Program-made: the position numbers and the translations under genes
Assembly: GCF_002571385.2 (NCBI RefSeq)
Contig: NW_019218082.1
Location: 124,001-188,000, forward strand
Source: Stylophora pistillata
Taxonomy: Eukaryota
Direction of reading: 5' to 3'
Length of the DNA: 64,000 nucleotides
The notes under the pieces: model-generated
Seen by the model: only the letters and a program-made list of their open reading frames with translations
Databases searched by the model: none
What the model was told of the DNA's origin: nothing
Part shown: piece by piece, positions 49,154 to 62,062 of the stretch
Layout of the letters: each line of letters begins with the position of its first letter
How positions within the stretch are numbered: position 1 is the first letter of the stretch

Positions 49154-52100
49154 ATGGCGGAACACGATCTCACTGCCCGAATGGGCTGTTTTTTAGATCG
49201 ACATCTGGTGTTTCCCTTGTTAGAATTTCTCTCTGTTAAGGAGGTAAGTGTTACTTACATCGTTCTTCCACTGATTCGTGATCTTTTACTGACTCTTATG
49301 GTGAAGTTATTGGGAAATAGCTGTCCATTTTCAAAGTTAAAGCTCGATGAATAAATGTCTCTTTCTCAGACGATTTTAAGCTTACAATCTGTTCCTATCT
49401 CAACTTTTGTCTCGTAACTCAGATTTACGATGAAAAGGAATTGCTCAAAGGGAAGCTAGATCTTCTTAGCAACACAAACATGGTAAGAAATCGGAATCAT
49501 AAACATAAAAACAATTTAATCATTTGACTGGAGGCTGTTGATGTCGAAGTCATTCTGTGTATACCCAACAAACTGTATCCTCCAAAACCTTTTAGATCTT
49601 TCAAACTTATTGATCCTACTGAAATGCACGTTAACTCCAAAACTATATGGTACGAACGCTAAAATAACATATATGTACTTAGGAAGCTTACTATTACTGT
49701 AAAGAAGAACTCGCATCTATACATATGTGTTCTTAATTATAACAGTCAGGGAAAAAGTGTTTTGAATAATTTTGAAGCTGGTTCATTTTTTCAGAAAGAG
49801 GAAGTAACATTTCTTGGGTGTATTTGGTTTTAAACTGTGTCAAGTTGTGAACCCAAAAATCTGGCAAAGAATCACAGTAAACTCCTCAGAAATTAAGAAA
49901 TGAGTGCATTATTTTGTGCTTTGTTGAGTCATAGCACTCTAACTTTCATTTCATTCTTGAGAGAATTTCACAAAACTGAAAGAGGACATTAAGGATCACT
50001 CTAGCTTTAAATGATTTTAAACTAGAACATACCCATACATATTGTCTTCCTGTACAAAGTTTCCAGCCATTTAAACTGTAAGAACACTGTACCCATAATA
50101 AAAGATATTCTTTGTCTTGATTGATCAGGTTGATTTTGCCATGGATGTATTCAAAAATCTCTACCCAGACCAAGATGTTCCAGAAGGTTTGTTGGTATTG
50201 TTTGATAAAAACTGAGGAGTTTGAGAACTACGTATAGATTTTGTGTATTTAGGCTTTTGAAACTCATTTGTCTTACTTGAATTACAAACATCCAAAAATA
50301 GAATTACCCTGAAAAATTAAATCTCTAGTTTACTTTCTTCTGTAGAGCTTGTTCAAAAGAGAACAGAAGTTGTCACACAACTGAAATATCTTCAGGCTCA
50401 GACAGAACCCATTGTGAAATGTTTTGAGGATCCAGAGTTTAATAATCAGATGCAGACAACGAGGTAAAATTTAATGAGAGTACTTAATGCAGTGGTAAAT
50501 GTTGTTTTTTTTTTTAAATGTTGTCAGCTTATATGTTAAATTTTATGTTTAACCTCGGTTTAATGCTTATACAGAATTATAGTGGCTGAATGAGCAATAT
50601 CAAGGCTGTGCTCTGAGGAAAATTGAATGGAGCCCAGTGCTCTGAAACTGTGAAATCCAGGGTCCCCAGCATATGCTTTGCATGAAAAAACTAAAATTCC
50701 TGAGTTGCCCAAGAGCAAAAGTAAGGTGCCAAGGGCCACTGGGTGCTGCTAGACCACAGCCTTGAATATGAACTGTTGAATTTCCTTATCCACTTGATTA
50801 TCTAGTTTTTGTCAAACTCAGATAAACCAAAAGTTGGAAATTATTGAAGAGCATTGTTAGTACTAGCTTACTCAAGCAGCTTTGCAAAAATAGGAAAACC
50901 AGCTCATTTCCCTGAAAATATTGCTCTAAGAAAAATCTATATAAAACTATTTACTAGGCAGTTTTTTGTTGAATCAGATGTATATAATTATAATATCCTT
51001 CAAAGGGTCTAAGTCATCATATGTTGGTGAGACAATGTTAGTTAAACATTATATCCAATCATGAAATTAGCAGAACACTGAAAAATATGACAGAACAAAT
51101 ATGATCAGAAAATATACAATGGCCGGTACAATTTTAATTTTTTGTTGCATTCTACAAGAAAACCTCGTAATCTTATAAGCAACTTTTAGTTAGTTTATTT
51201 AAATATTCATTCATTTTTGACAGAGACGGGCGACAACTGTTTGAATACCTGGAAAAGAACCATGGGGTTTGTATACTTTCTTAGCAATTAATATAGCCAT
51301 TACAATTACTTTCATGATACTGACTAGAATCCAGATCAAATGCCATGTCTCTATTTGCCCAGGAGTTTACACAAAGTAGATTCTTTACAGTTACTTTGAT
51401 AAAGGCAACATCTTTGTGCTTCACACAAATTCTGTTGCATCATTACTTAGTTCCTATTAACCGAGCGGGAGGTCTGTATGGGAGAATCTTGACTGAGGTC
51501 GCCAGTACAGACCGAACGCAGTGAGGTCTGTACCAGCGACGGAGATCAAGATTCTTCCATACAGACCGACCTAGCTCGGTTAATAAGATGTTTACTATAT
51601 GGCTGTGTCTTATATGCCAATTTTTTATATTCTTTGTACCTTTTTTTTCTAGACCAGTCTAGATGCTGATCTAGATGGGAAAATCTAGACTGCCTTCAAT
51701 ATTGATTTCAGCCAATCAAATTCCTGAATTTGGTAGTTCCCAGTCCTTGTGAGACACAGCCATACAATCAAATGTTTTAAAATTTATTAAGGTGAAGACT
51801 ACAGGCTTTCTCTGTAAGTTGCAGTGTTTTTACCCTGTAACTCCCATGAGTGACCGAGACAGAATTTCTCCTTACAACATCAATACAGTGTCAAGCAGAC
51901 AAGTGATGAGAATAAAGAAAATTATCAACAAGTGGAGTTTTAGTTGATTCAATACCAAATTCTCCAAACTTGCATGATCAGAATTGTATGGCAGACAGTA
52001 AGGAGAATTTGTAAGAAGATCATGGTAGTGAAAGGGTTAGTAAGAGGTTTGGGCTTCCTTGTGACGCAAGTCAGGTTTTTTTTCCTTTTACCTTAGGTAC

Positions 52101-55100
52101 AAGCTAAGACTATAATGAGCTGTTTCAAAACTTACTGAAACTTTTGTCTGATCTGTTTTCAGATTGAGCCAGAAATGTTGGACACATTGTACAAATATGC
52201 AAAATTTCAATATGAGTGTGGAAACTACTCTGGTGCTGCGGAATACTTGTACTTTTATCGTGTACTTGTGAGTAATCTCAGAACTTATCATTGAAACTTC
52301 ATCAGTTATTTCCCCTACAGAACAAGACCCCTGAGATCAAATGTAGCGATGCAATACAGTACCTCGAACAAGCTGAGTTTGAGGTTTGCACTGTAAATTG
52401 CAGCTACTGTTTTTTTTTTCCCTTCAGTTTATAACCATGCACTTCGCAATTGGGCTAGAAACTTGTGGGAAAATGATTAAGATCCATAACTTACAGTCTG
52501 GCCTGAGAACAAAAGGCTAACAGGATTTGATTTATCTCTATGTATTATGTCTTGGCTGTGTGTCTGATGGGTTTGTCTGAAACACAGAAGCAAAAGGAAA
52601 TTGGAATAATTCTTTAGTCATTAATGCATTTTAAGATACTATTGAAAGGAAACGATATATTTTAAACTTTGTTGGCCGTAGAAAGTTAAGATCAATTGGT
52701 GAAAGATAAAGAGAGATTTTTATTGATAACAAAAACAGCTTTATATTCAGTTTTGCTTGCTAAATTGACCAATCACACTCTTGTGGTCGTGGAGAGGTAT
52801 AACACCATTTATTTTCCTTACAGGTTCCTGGGAATGATGATAGAAATACCCTGAATGCTCTTTGGGGCAAACTAGGTTCTGAAATCCTCATGCAGAACTG
52901 GGAAACTGCACTAGAGGATCTGAACAGGCTAAAAGATGTCATTGAGAGTAAAGTAAGTATTCCTCTTCTCTTAATTGGTTGATAAACAGTTTATAAGTAA
53001 AACCAGAGGATGTCTTGAGTAAATAATATATTATGGCATTTAGATGTAGATCAATATGCTTAGACCTGCGACATTTGCTTAATTTGGTCTTCTGTTAAAT
53101 TTACTGTCCCTTGAAAGGCTGAAGCAAGCTAAAAAAGTTTCAAAATGTCAATACCATCTTTTTCTGTCCCTGTTTCACTTTTAAATTTTGTTCCCAAATT
53201 AGAAAAAAAAAAGAGTTGTTGGTTTACACAGTCATGTTTCAACATTCTCATGTCATTCTTAGTTGAATAACATTTAAAAAAAATTGTTATCGTTCTTAAA
53301 AAAGTGTTATTGCTGTCATTCAATTACAGTGTTAGATTATGCTTTACAGATTCATGAAGTATTGTTGTTTGAAATTATATTAAAATCTCATATCACAAAA
53401 TAAAAAGTTAATTTTCAAAGGTGCTTGTATAATTTTATGGAGTCTCTCTTTTAAAGAAATGAATAATTAAGTTTTTTTGCACTTCTTCTTCAGAATCAGG
53501 CTGGAACACTCCAACTGCTGCAAGAAAGAACATGGCTTATTCATTGGAGCTTGTTTGTGTTCTTCAACCATCCAAAAGGAAGAGATTTGATTATTGATTT
53601 GTTTCTCTACCAACCTCAGTAAGTTTATGTATGAGGGCTATCAGATCTTCACTGCGACCACAAACAATGCTGTTCAAAGCCAGCAAAGTTGATGTCTTGC
53701 TTCCCAGGAAAGCCCTCTTATCCTGGTGAAGTTAGCCTTTTCAGTCACTAAAGCAATCAAATTTAACCTTAAAAATATGTTATAGAGAATAAAATATAGG
53801 TTGTCACAAAGACAGAAAAACTCCATATATTGAAATGTTGTTTATGAAACGGTATGAATTTTTATGCCTATTAATGTTAGAGTGTAAAAGGTTAAATCTT
53901 GGACATACTGCACAGGTCTGATAATTTGATAATAAGTTTTCCAAGAATTTCCTCTTATTTTCTTTTTGTTTACCTTTTCATATTTAGATATCTCAATGCA
54001 ATCCAAACCACATGCCCCCACATTTTGAGATACCTCACCACAGCCGTCATCACCAACAAGCGCAGACGAACAGTACTCAAAGACCTGGTGAAAGTCATTC
54101 AGCAAGAATCTTACACCTACAAAGATCCAATCACAGAGTTTTTAGAATGTCTTTATGTCAATTTTGACTTCGATGGTGCTCAGCAGAAGCTGAGAGAATG
54201 TGAAACAGTGAGTGTTTCTGTTGTTGCTGTTGTAAATAATCTATCTAATTGAAGTTATTTTGTGGTGCAAAAGAAGGCAGTTCATCAAATTTGGTATGAA
54301 ATGGGGAAATATCCCTTGGAAATGAATTTTGTTTTCAGTCAGGAATGCATGCTCAACTTTTTCAAAGTGCCATCTGATTTCTTTAAATCAGAAAAGTCTT
54401 GATAAAAATACAGTTTTAGATGCTAGAAGATAAAAGAAAAACCACTACCTTTTTTTAAATCTGCATTACCATATATTATAGCAGTGACCATGCTGCTTGT
54501 CTTTGAAATGAGCGATATGTCTGGCAATTGTTTTGAAGTTATGCACTATAGCTCACAAAATCTAAAGCCTACATGTACTTGGACAACCAAGGATAAATTG
54601 ACAAATATTTATTTTTAGAAATTTAGTAGTTTTTATGTGTCTCACTACAACTCAGGATGGAAAAAAAAAACAAATAAAAATGGCTCAGCTTGTTACAGAC
54701 TACCAGTTACCAAACTGGCGATTTTTGCTGCAAATGAGTCACCAAAATTTTTCTCTCTGTGCTATGACAACCAAAGTGGTCACGGCTTGGAGCACTGCAC
54801 TTTCTGTAAGCGGCTGCAGATGGTGAATTAGGTGGCTGTGCCCAAAAGGGGCTGTAAGGCAAAATCCAAACTACTTATAGACTAAACAGATGGCAATGAG
54901 AGGCTAGTGACTAGCCTTTATGGGAACACTGCATAAACAAGCTTTGTCTGTCCTGATGTTTTTTTTTTTTTGCAGGTACTGCTAAATGACTTCTTCCTTG
55001 TAGCCTGTTTGGATGACTTTATTGAGAATGCCAGACTGTTTATATTTGAGACATTTTGCAGAATACACCAGTGCATCAGTATAAGGTTGGGAGTAAAGCA

Positions 55101-57215
55101 AAACTTGATTCATCTTCTTGATCTGTTTTGGTTAAAAATATTTAAGAACTAGTGGTTTATCATGTTCATGTATTTCTCAGAGTCATGCTATGCAAGTTGA
55201 AATTTGTGTCTTCTTGATCAAATTTAGAGGTAAATGTAACTGTTAGGGCAGGGAAGGTGTTAATCAGGTTTCAAATAACCCCATCAGATTGATCTTCGTG
55301 AACCTAATTTCATTAATGTTATTAGAGAAGAATTTGAAAAACCAAAAATTAGAGTTAAAGTAACTTGAGGCAAGATGTGAGTTCATTAGCATGATTTTTA
55401 TATAAATGAACATCAATATCTTGAATTAACTTTTGATTTCTAATCAACTTCTCAAGAGGGTTTAAAGAGTTGCTAGATAAAACTGATTGAAGTTCATTTA
55501 ATTTTAATTTTTGAATGTTTTTGTTTCCACTTTTTTTCTTTTGATATGAAGAATCATATCAGGAATGAAGGGTTAGCATTGACCCGCAGACAATTTCATG
55601 CAGCTTTGCCTTACTACTGGCAATTCCTATATTGTTATTTGTTTTTTTTTTGTTTTGTTTTTTTCTGTCAACATTATTAACCTCTCTGTGGGACAATCTT
55701 GAAGTGCTCTTTGAATTGTTAATTTTAAAGTAACAATGTGATAGCACTGCTCCAATATCCTACAGGTAAATTTACTAAAAGCAATTAATTTAATGTTGCT
55801 TTCCTCTATTGTCAGCATGCTTGCTGAAAAGTTGAATATGACCCCAGAAGAAGCAGAGAGGTGGATAGTCAATCTAATCAGAAATGCAAGATTGGATGCT
55901 AAAATTGATTCTAAGTTGGTATGTCTAAGACCTGTTAACGAACACTGCACGTTCATAATGGAGTTTCGTTACCGTCTATCATGTCCCAGATACATCAGTC
56001 TATCTCTCGACCTTTGAATTACAAGTTTCTTGCCCTGTGGAAGAAGCTTTTATCTAAGTTACTCCATGCGAGATAAACTCTGATAATGTAGGCAACTGAG
56101 CTTGTGTGCCAGATAAGAAATGTTGCATAAAAAAACGCTGGGTTCAAAAATGGCCTTTGAGCATCCCTGTCCCAGTGCACTAGATACCATTCCCATCTTT
56201 TCCGTTTCCTTACTCCTCCTACCTTGGCCCCCATTCACCGTGACCTCTTCCGCCTGACCTGTTCCCCCCTCCTCCCTCCTTTTCTCTGCCTTTTCCCCCA
56301 CTAGGTTGTATAGCCTAGCCTATTGGTGCCGCAGGACCTGTATTTTTCCACTCGGGTGAAGATTTGAGACGAGTCGGGGAGAGGTTTGCCAGGAGTCTGG
56401 AACCAATTATCAGTGCCACATGGAGACCCCTTTGCTGACTTTTTGCCGGCTTGGGTTGCTCAAGGCTTCATACTTTCATACTTACGCATGTGCAGGCTAT
56501 GGGCTGTATTTGGTGTGATATATAACTCTCTCATGCTATTTTCATGACCTGGAGAACTTTCAGTGATCCCTTGAGGATTAAAAATATTGGGACTCTCATG
56601 TGCATCTTTTCGTGGAGATCACTTGTTTTAACCACCACCCTCTTTATTACAGGGTCATGTGGTTATGGGTACCCAGGCCCCCTCTGTTTATCAGCAAGTG
56701 ATAGAAAAAACTAAGGGAATCATGTCCCGCACTCAAGAACTGGCTCGTAACATTGAAAAGAAACTTAACGTGGACAAGATGGGATATGATGGGGTAAGAG
56801 CCAGTTACAACATACTTATACTTTTGTTTGACTGTACTCCCATTTATTGTATGTTTTTTTTTTTTTTCAGTTTTGTCTTGTTCTGTTTTGTTTTTTTTTT
56901 TTGGAGCTTTTTTTTTATTATGGGTGGAACGCTTGTCAACATTCAATTGAAGATTATCCAGTTTTTTGTTATTAAGTTTTCTTTAGTTTTATGAGCTGCG
57001 CGATGTGATCGAGGAAAACCCCAGTGCACCCCCATTCTGTTTATAAATGTAGACTATCTGCAATACAAGGAACAGTTTATCTGAGTTACTCCTTCAACAC
57101 AATCATTAGATGGCGCCTTTAATGTCATTACTTGACGTCTTAATTTCTTTCTTATATTTCGTCTCTTTAGGGTCCGTGGGATGCGTACGACCCATCTGGA
57201 TTCTTCAAGCCCTAA
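49154..57215 (+). CDS. EIF3E: Eukaryotic translation initiation factor 3 subunit E (INT6), 448 aa, 13 coding exons
   Basis: Exons: 49154-49243, 49423-49482, 50129-50186, 50346-50463, 51224-51266, 52163-52267, 52824-52952, 53494-53618, 53988-54207, 54976-55085, 55816-55918, 56653-56793, 57171-57215 (1347 nt, all GT-AG). Motifs: [93 protein letters not shown]. Confidence 0.97.
50601..50764. mobile_element. Small MITE in eIF3e intron 4
   Basis: TIR caaggctgtg / cacagccttg with aatat on both sides. Confidence 0.55.
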
Positions 57216-60200
57216 AACAACCTAAAAAAAAAAAACTTCAACTTTTTTAGCGCCAAGTTTGCGTGTGCGCCATGTGCAGACTGTTAGTTCATAGTACAAT
57301 GTATTACAAATCATTGTTTAATGATCTCAAACCGGCACAAGAAACTTTATATACTCTTCTGAACTAAAAATTACATCTGGGGTAAGGGGTGCGGGAAAGG
57401 GCGTAAGGGGAAAGGGGGGTTAGGAAGAAGGCAGGGGGAGGTAGGTATCTTGTATGAGGGGGGGGGGTAGGGATACTGACCCTTAAAAGAGACCAGTCTG
57501 GGCCCCAGTGCATACTTTATTTAACTCCTGAATGATACCACTTTACGAGAAAACAAGTTGTAGCTAGCCACTTGCGAATGAAACATAACATTGCAACTCC
57601 AAATGACACCTTGGTTGCTGAGAATATTGGCCTTTCGTCCTGAACTCCCTCATGAAGACCAAAAAGAAGAAAAGAAGGGAGGGGTAACCTAGTCTACTCC
57701 ACAGCTGTTCCTACGGAGGCAACATCCTATTATCCCCAGACTGTGAGGAAGAAGACGGGAGGCGTTGCACTGCCGTCGAAAAAATATCACCACCTTCCCT
57801 GTAGTGTGAGATTTCCCTCTACCCCCTCCCCTAGGTGTACATGTGTCAGAAGATTTACAGTTGAAAGTATTTATGAATAAGTCTGTTTGAACTATACGTA
57901 AAACTTGGTTAGCACTCTCAAAGTGCATAACGAATTAATCGCGAAAAATAGACAAATATACGTGGAGACTCCGCTCCGAAATGTAGTAACTTTTGTTTCA
58001 AATACCCAATTACGTTAACGCAAAAAACTCCCGACGGCCTAAAGTATGAGCCTGCGAGCAGGAAAACGTCACTAGAGCCGCTGCACGAGTGTGTCTTTTC
58101 CCACGAGTATGTGTGAGGCCTAGAGAAAAGCGAACCGGCGAGAGGTTTGCTACGGATCTGGCGCTGGTCATGAGGTGCTTTGTTCCTTTTTGTGATTGGT
58201 CTAGAAAGCACGCGCTACTTTCTCAACCAATCAGAGGCAAAAGTAAAACCAATCCCGACTTGGTTGCCCGCGCTTTAGGCAGTGTCCCTTCTACTTTTGG
58301 TTTTTTCCGTTCTATTGATTGGTTGTTATTGTCATTCCTTTTCTGGAGCGCTATTGTTTATGGTTTAAATGCTGGAGGCATCAATAAATCCGACAAAATG
58401 CTTGTTTCATCGCATAAAATATTAACTTCGTAAGCAACGCGAAAGTAGTGTTCTGTGAATTTAAACTGCCTTTTCAAAGCTCAATGAGCGACACGTAGCT
58501 TCTGTTTGTTTGCATTTACACGCCAAAAATTCTGTTTAGGCTTGATTTCCACCGTCCACGAGTCCAATCTTCGTTCCTCCTTCACCACTCATTTCTTGAA
58601 GACAGGCAGGTTATCGAACTTCCCTTGCGCCCTCTCGGCAAGGCAAAATTCTTGGTTTCCAAACTCATGGTTACACACTAGATAAATATTAAACCAAATT
58701 TTTGGCAGTGCATGGTGCAGGTGTTGCTCAGTTTTTGATGTGTATTGTAATTTTCACAAAGTCGCTGCGTTTATATATTTATTCATTAATTTATTAATTT
58801 TTGGGCTCTTTCCAAGACTGTTGCATAACTTTTTTTCTCACAACCTTCATCCAACAATTCCATTAATTTTTATACGGAGAATACCGGCAGGTTGTTGCGT
58901 GAATGTCAGAGCAGCACTCAAAGAGTCCTTGCTTGGTGAACATGGTGCTCGCTGCTGTCAAAGTTTTCGAGAAAAGGTGCGATATTTTGGACGTTGAGAG
59001 CGAGATAAACCTGTTTTTTAGTGTGGTAAATATTTCATGATAGCTTGGCCTTGAGAGCCGAAAAATTTTTCACCTTTAAGCAAAATGTTTACCCTCAAGT
59101 AATGCGCTTGTTAAGATCCTGATAAATATATGTGAAGGAAGAGCTTTACTCCCTCAGCGCAAAATATCCAGCCCATTGCTTTTCTCCAGTTAGACATGCA
59201 CTTTTACTTTTACGCTTTCAGTCTGCCAATAGTAGTCTTGTAAATTTTTTTCTTCATTGTACCTGCTGGGCCTAAGCCCTTCTCGATTCAGTCAAATGCG
59301 CATCTGCAAGGTGTTACTTTGTAAACTCCACATCATCTAATCTTGTCAAAGTACAGCTCTCATGGATTCGTGAGTTGCCCAGTCAGTTTAAACTGCGAGC
59401 GAGTAAGGGAAACGACAGTTAGCAATGATGTAAGTCGCAAACTTGAGTAAAGAGGCCGGCGAATCTCTGCTATCACAAAGAAAACGTTGCGATGAAGGGA
59501 CAACAGCACATCCATAGAAAACACATGGAGACCATGCAGGCAGTTTGAAGAAGAAAAAACAATTCTTGGATCATGTTGCGAACCAAGCAACGAGACAAAG
59601 ACGATTGCTATCTCTTAATGAAAAACTGTTAGAATGACAAATTTTGCTTGTTTATGAATTAACATCACTTGAAATCATTCATTGGCTCGAATGCATGAAA
59701 CGAACATGTATATCCCTTTTAATTAGTTGTTTGTGAGCATGTGATGTTAAAGGTGATATTTCCATCAGCTTTGAAGTAGATCTTTCAGCTTCATCAGCCT
59801 AATTGTAGCCGTACCCTAACCCCCCCCCCCCCCCGAATCTCCTTGGCGGGAGGGAGGGTACGGCTACACGTAAGCTAATGCTCCATCTACTTGATGATAG
59901 ATGTATCTTGGAACATTCAGGCTACATCTTTCAACTTCGTCAAAAAGTGAATTCAGTGTTTATCTTTTCATTCTTTACTATTTCTTTTTGTTTCTAGTCA
60001 ATTCTGGCCTCTGGTCAATTCCTGCCTCGTTGGAGGTTTTTTCGCGCATTGAGATTTTCCTCGACTTAGAGTATACTAAGTGTACCCGTCTTTGGTTGAC
60101 TGAAATGTAATAATTCTTAAAGGAAGAAAAAGGAATAGGAAATTATATTTTGTTGTTCGTTTGCTTACAAGGTTAATATTAACGGGACCATTGAATTGCA

Positions 60201-60929
60201 TGCCGGCAATTCAGTCTTAGTCCGAGTTCTTTGTGCATCAGAAATTTTATCCTGACTGTGTTTTCCTTGGCCACTTTAAATTCCAATTATGTGTTCGACT
60301 TAGTTGAATTTTTATTACCAGTACTGTGAATTTCATGAAGAAAGCGAGCCAACTCTTATGAAATAACATCAATCTTGTTAAATTTTGATGAGTTGATGGA
60401 TTTTAAGTTTTTCTTGGCATTTATCGTGATTATTGACAAACAGTTCGACGTTTATCCATATCTGCATTCATTTTCAGTACTAAGGACATCCTTCATTGGC
60501 GAACTTTGAGGTAAAAAGTGATCTGGTGCTTCGATCATGGTCAGAAACTGAATGTAGTGTGTTAACGTTCTGGAATCTTCGATCATTTGGAACACATGCA
60601 AGTCAGTGAAGTCCATGTTGGAGCAAGCTTCTCTCGCTTTCGTGGTGCTAATTATTTATCTCGTGGCTGGAATGTGGGGAATATTCCTTGGCAAGGTTAT
60701 TTTCGATCAATGTTTTGCAACTGCTTGAAACTCGAGCCATTATTCCGAGATGCTGTCCAAGGAATCCGATGTGGTTTTCCTCGCTCTAAAGAAAGCAACA
60801 TTCCAAATTCCAGAAGAATAGCCACCTAGTGGAATGTCTTTTGCTAAATTCCAATTTAATTCCCACAATAGAATGACTTTCCTTTGCTATCATGGCTTGA
60901 TAACTTACTGATAGGCTCGACAGTGTCTC

Positions 60930-61292
60930 AAACTAACTGACTGATTAGTATATTATCTGTCTGCCTGAATGACTGACTGGTTTTTTTGTTGACTGATTGA
61001 AAGAATTAATGAGTTAGTTGCTTATCTTTGACTGAAGGACAGACTGTCTAACTGACCTACTGATTGGCTGTCTAACGGACTGACTGTCCTATTAGGGACC
61101 TTAAGCAGTCAGGATGGCAACGCTATAGTAGACGTCGATTAAAAAATGAATTTCCACTTTTAATCAAAATTTCGAAAATGGCTGCATGTGCCTACCATCT
61201 CATACAGTGCCCCAACTGTTCTAAGTTTTAAAATGCACGTGCTGAGCTATTGTTCTGCCAATTAGATCTTTTGTTTTTTCCACGGCCTCGTT

Positions 61293-61329
<37 letters not shown>

Positions 61330-61940
61330 TGGTTTGTTTAAGGTCTCTATTGTCTGACCGACGGACTGACTGACTAACGGACTGACTCACTAAATTACTT
61401 GTCATCGACTGAATGAAAGAGTGATTAACATTTGACTGGCTGACTGACTGACGGGCTTGCTGTGTGACTGAATTATTAAACTACTGAGCGAGTGACTGAC
61501 CGACTGACTGACTGACTGACTGACTGATTGACTTATTGATTGATTGACTGGTTACCTGACAGGATGTCTGATTGAATTATTGACTGATTGACTTATTGAC
61601 TGACTCAATGACTGATTGATTGACTTTTTGCCTGATTGACTTATTGACGGATTTACTTATTGACTGACTGACTGATCAGTTCAATGATTGACTGGTTAAC
61701 TGACTGAGTGATCTACTGAATTACAGACTTATCGACCGATTGACTTATTGACTAATCGAATGATTGACTTATTGACTAACTGAATAACTGAATAACTGAT
61801 TGAGTGAACTATTGACTGATCAACTGACTTACTGATCTGTTGAATGACTGACTTATTGACTGGCTGACAGAAATACATTCTACCTGGTCACCTATAAATG
61901 ACTACTGAATGACACTCTGATCGACTGACTGTCTGATTAA
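60930..61940. repeat. Degenerate (GACT/GATT)n microsatellite-like tract, about 1 kb, with a MITE inserted at 61093-61349
   Basis: Runs such as actgactgactgactgactgactgattgacttattgattgattgactg. Confidence 0.85.
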
Positions 61941-61949
61941 GTGACCTAT

Positions 61950-62062
61950 GGGGGGAGAGGGTAAGTTTCTAAAGAAACCGTGTGGTACTGCGTCGGGGGG
62001 GGGGGGGGAGGGGTAACAAGGTAATTTGGTTTTATCAATTTATTTTGATAAAAACAAATTAC
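61950..62062 (-). mobile_element. Short Penelope-like terminal-repeat insertion
   Basis: tttctaaagaaaccgtgtggtactgcgtcgg...gtaacaaggtaatttggttttatcaa resembles 5508-5655; 12-bp duplication TAAGTGACCTAT at 61938-61949 and 62063-62074. Confidence 0.7.

Noticed and set aside
49244-57170. Intronic snoRNAs in eIF3e
   Set aside because: No convincing C/D box pair with terminal stem was seen; H/ACA RNAs cannot be judged by eye.
58185-58330. CCAAT-box cluster as a promoter
   Set aside because: The gattgg/ccaatc array looks like a dispersed repeat remnant and no adjacent first exon was found.
58890-58945. GLFECCSD resembling a PLAC8 motif
   Set aside because: No following CPC motif or further supporting exons; an alternative frame fits the decayed transposase reading as well.
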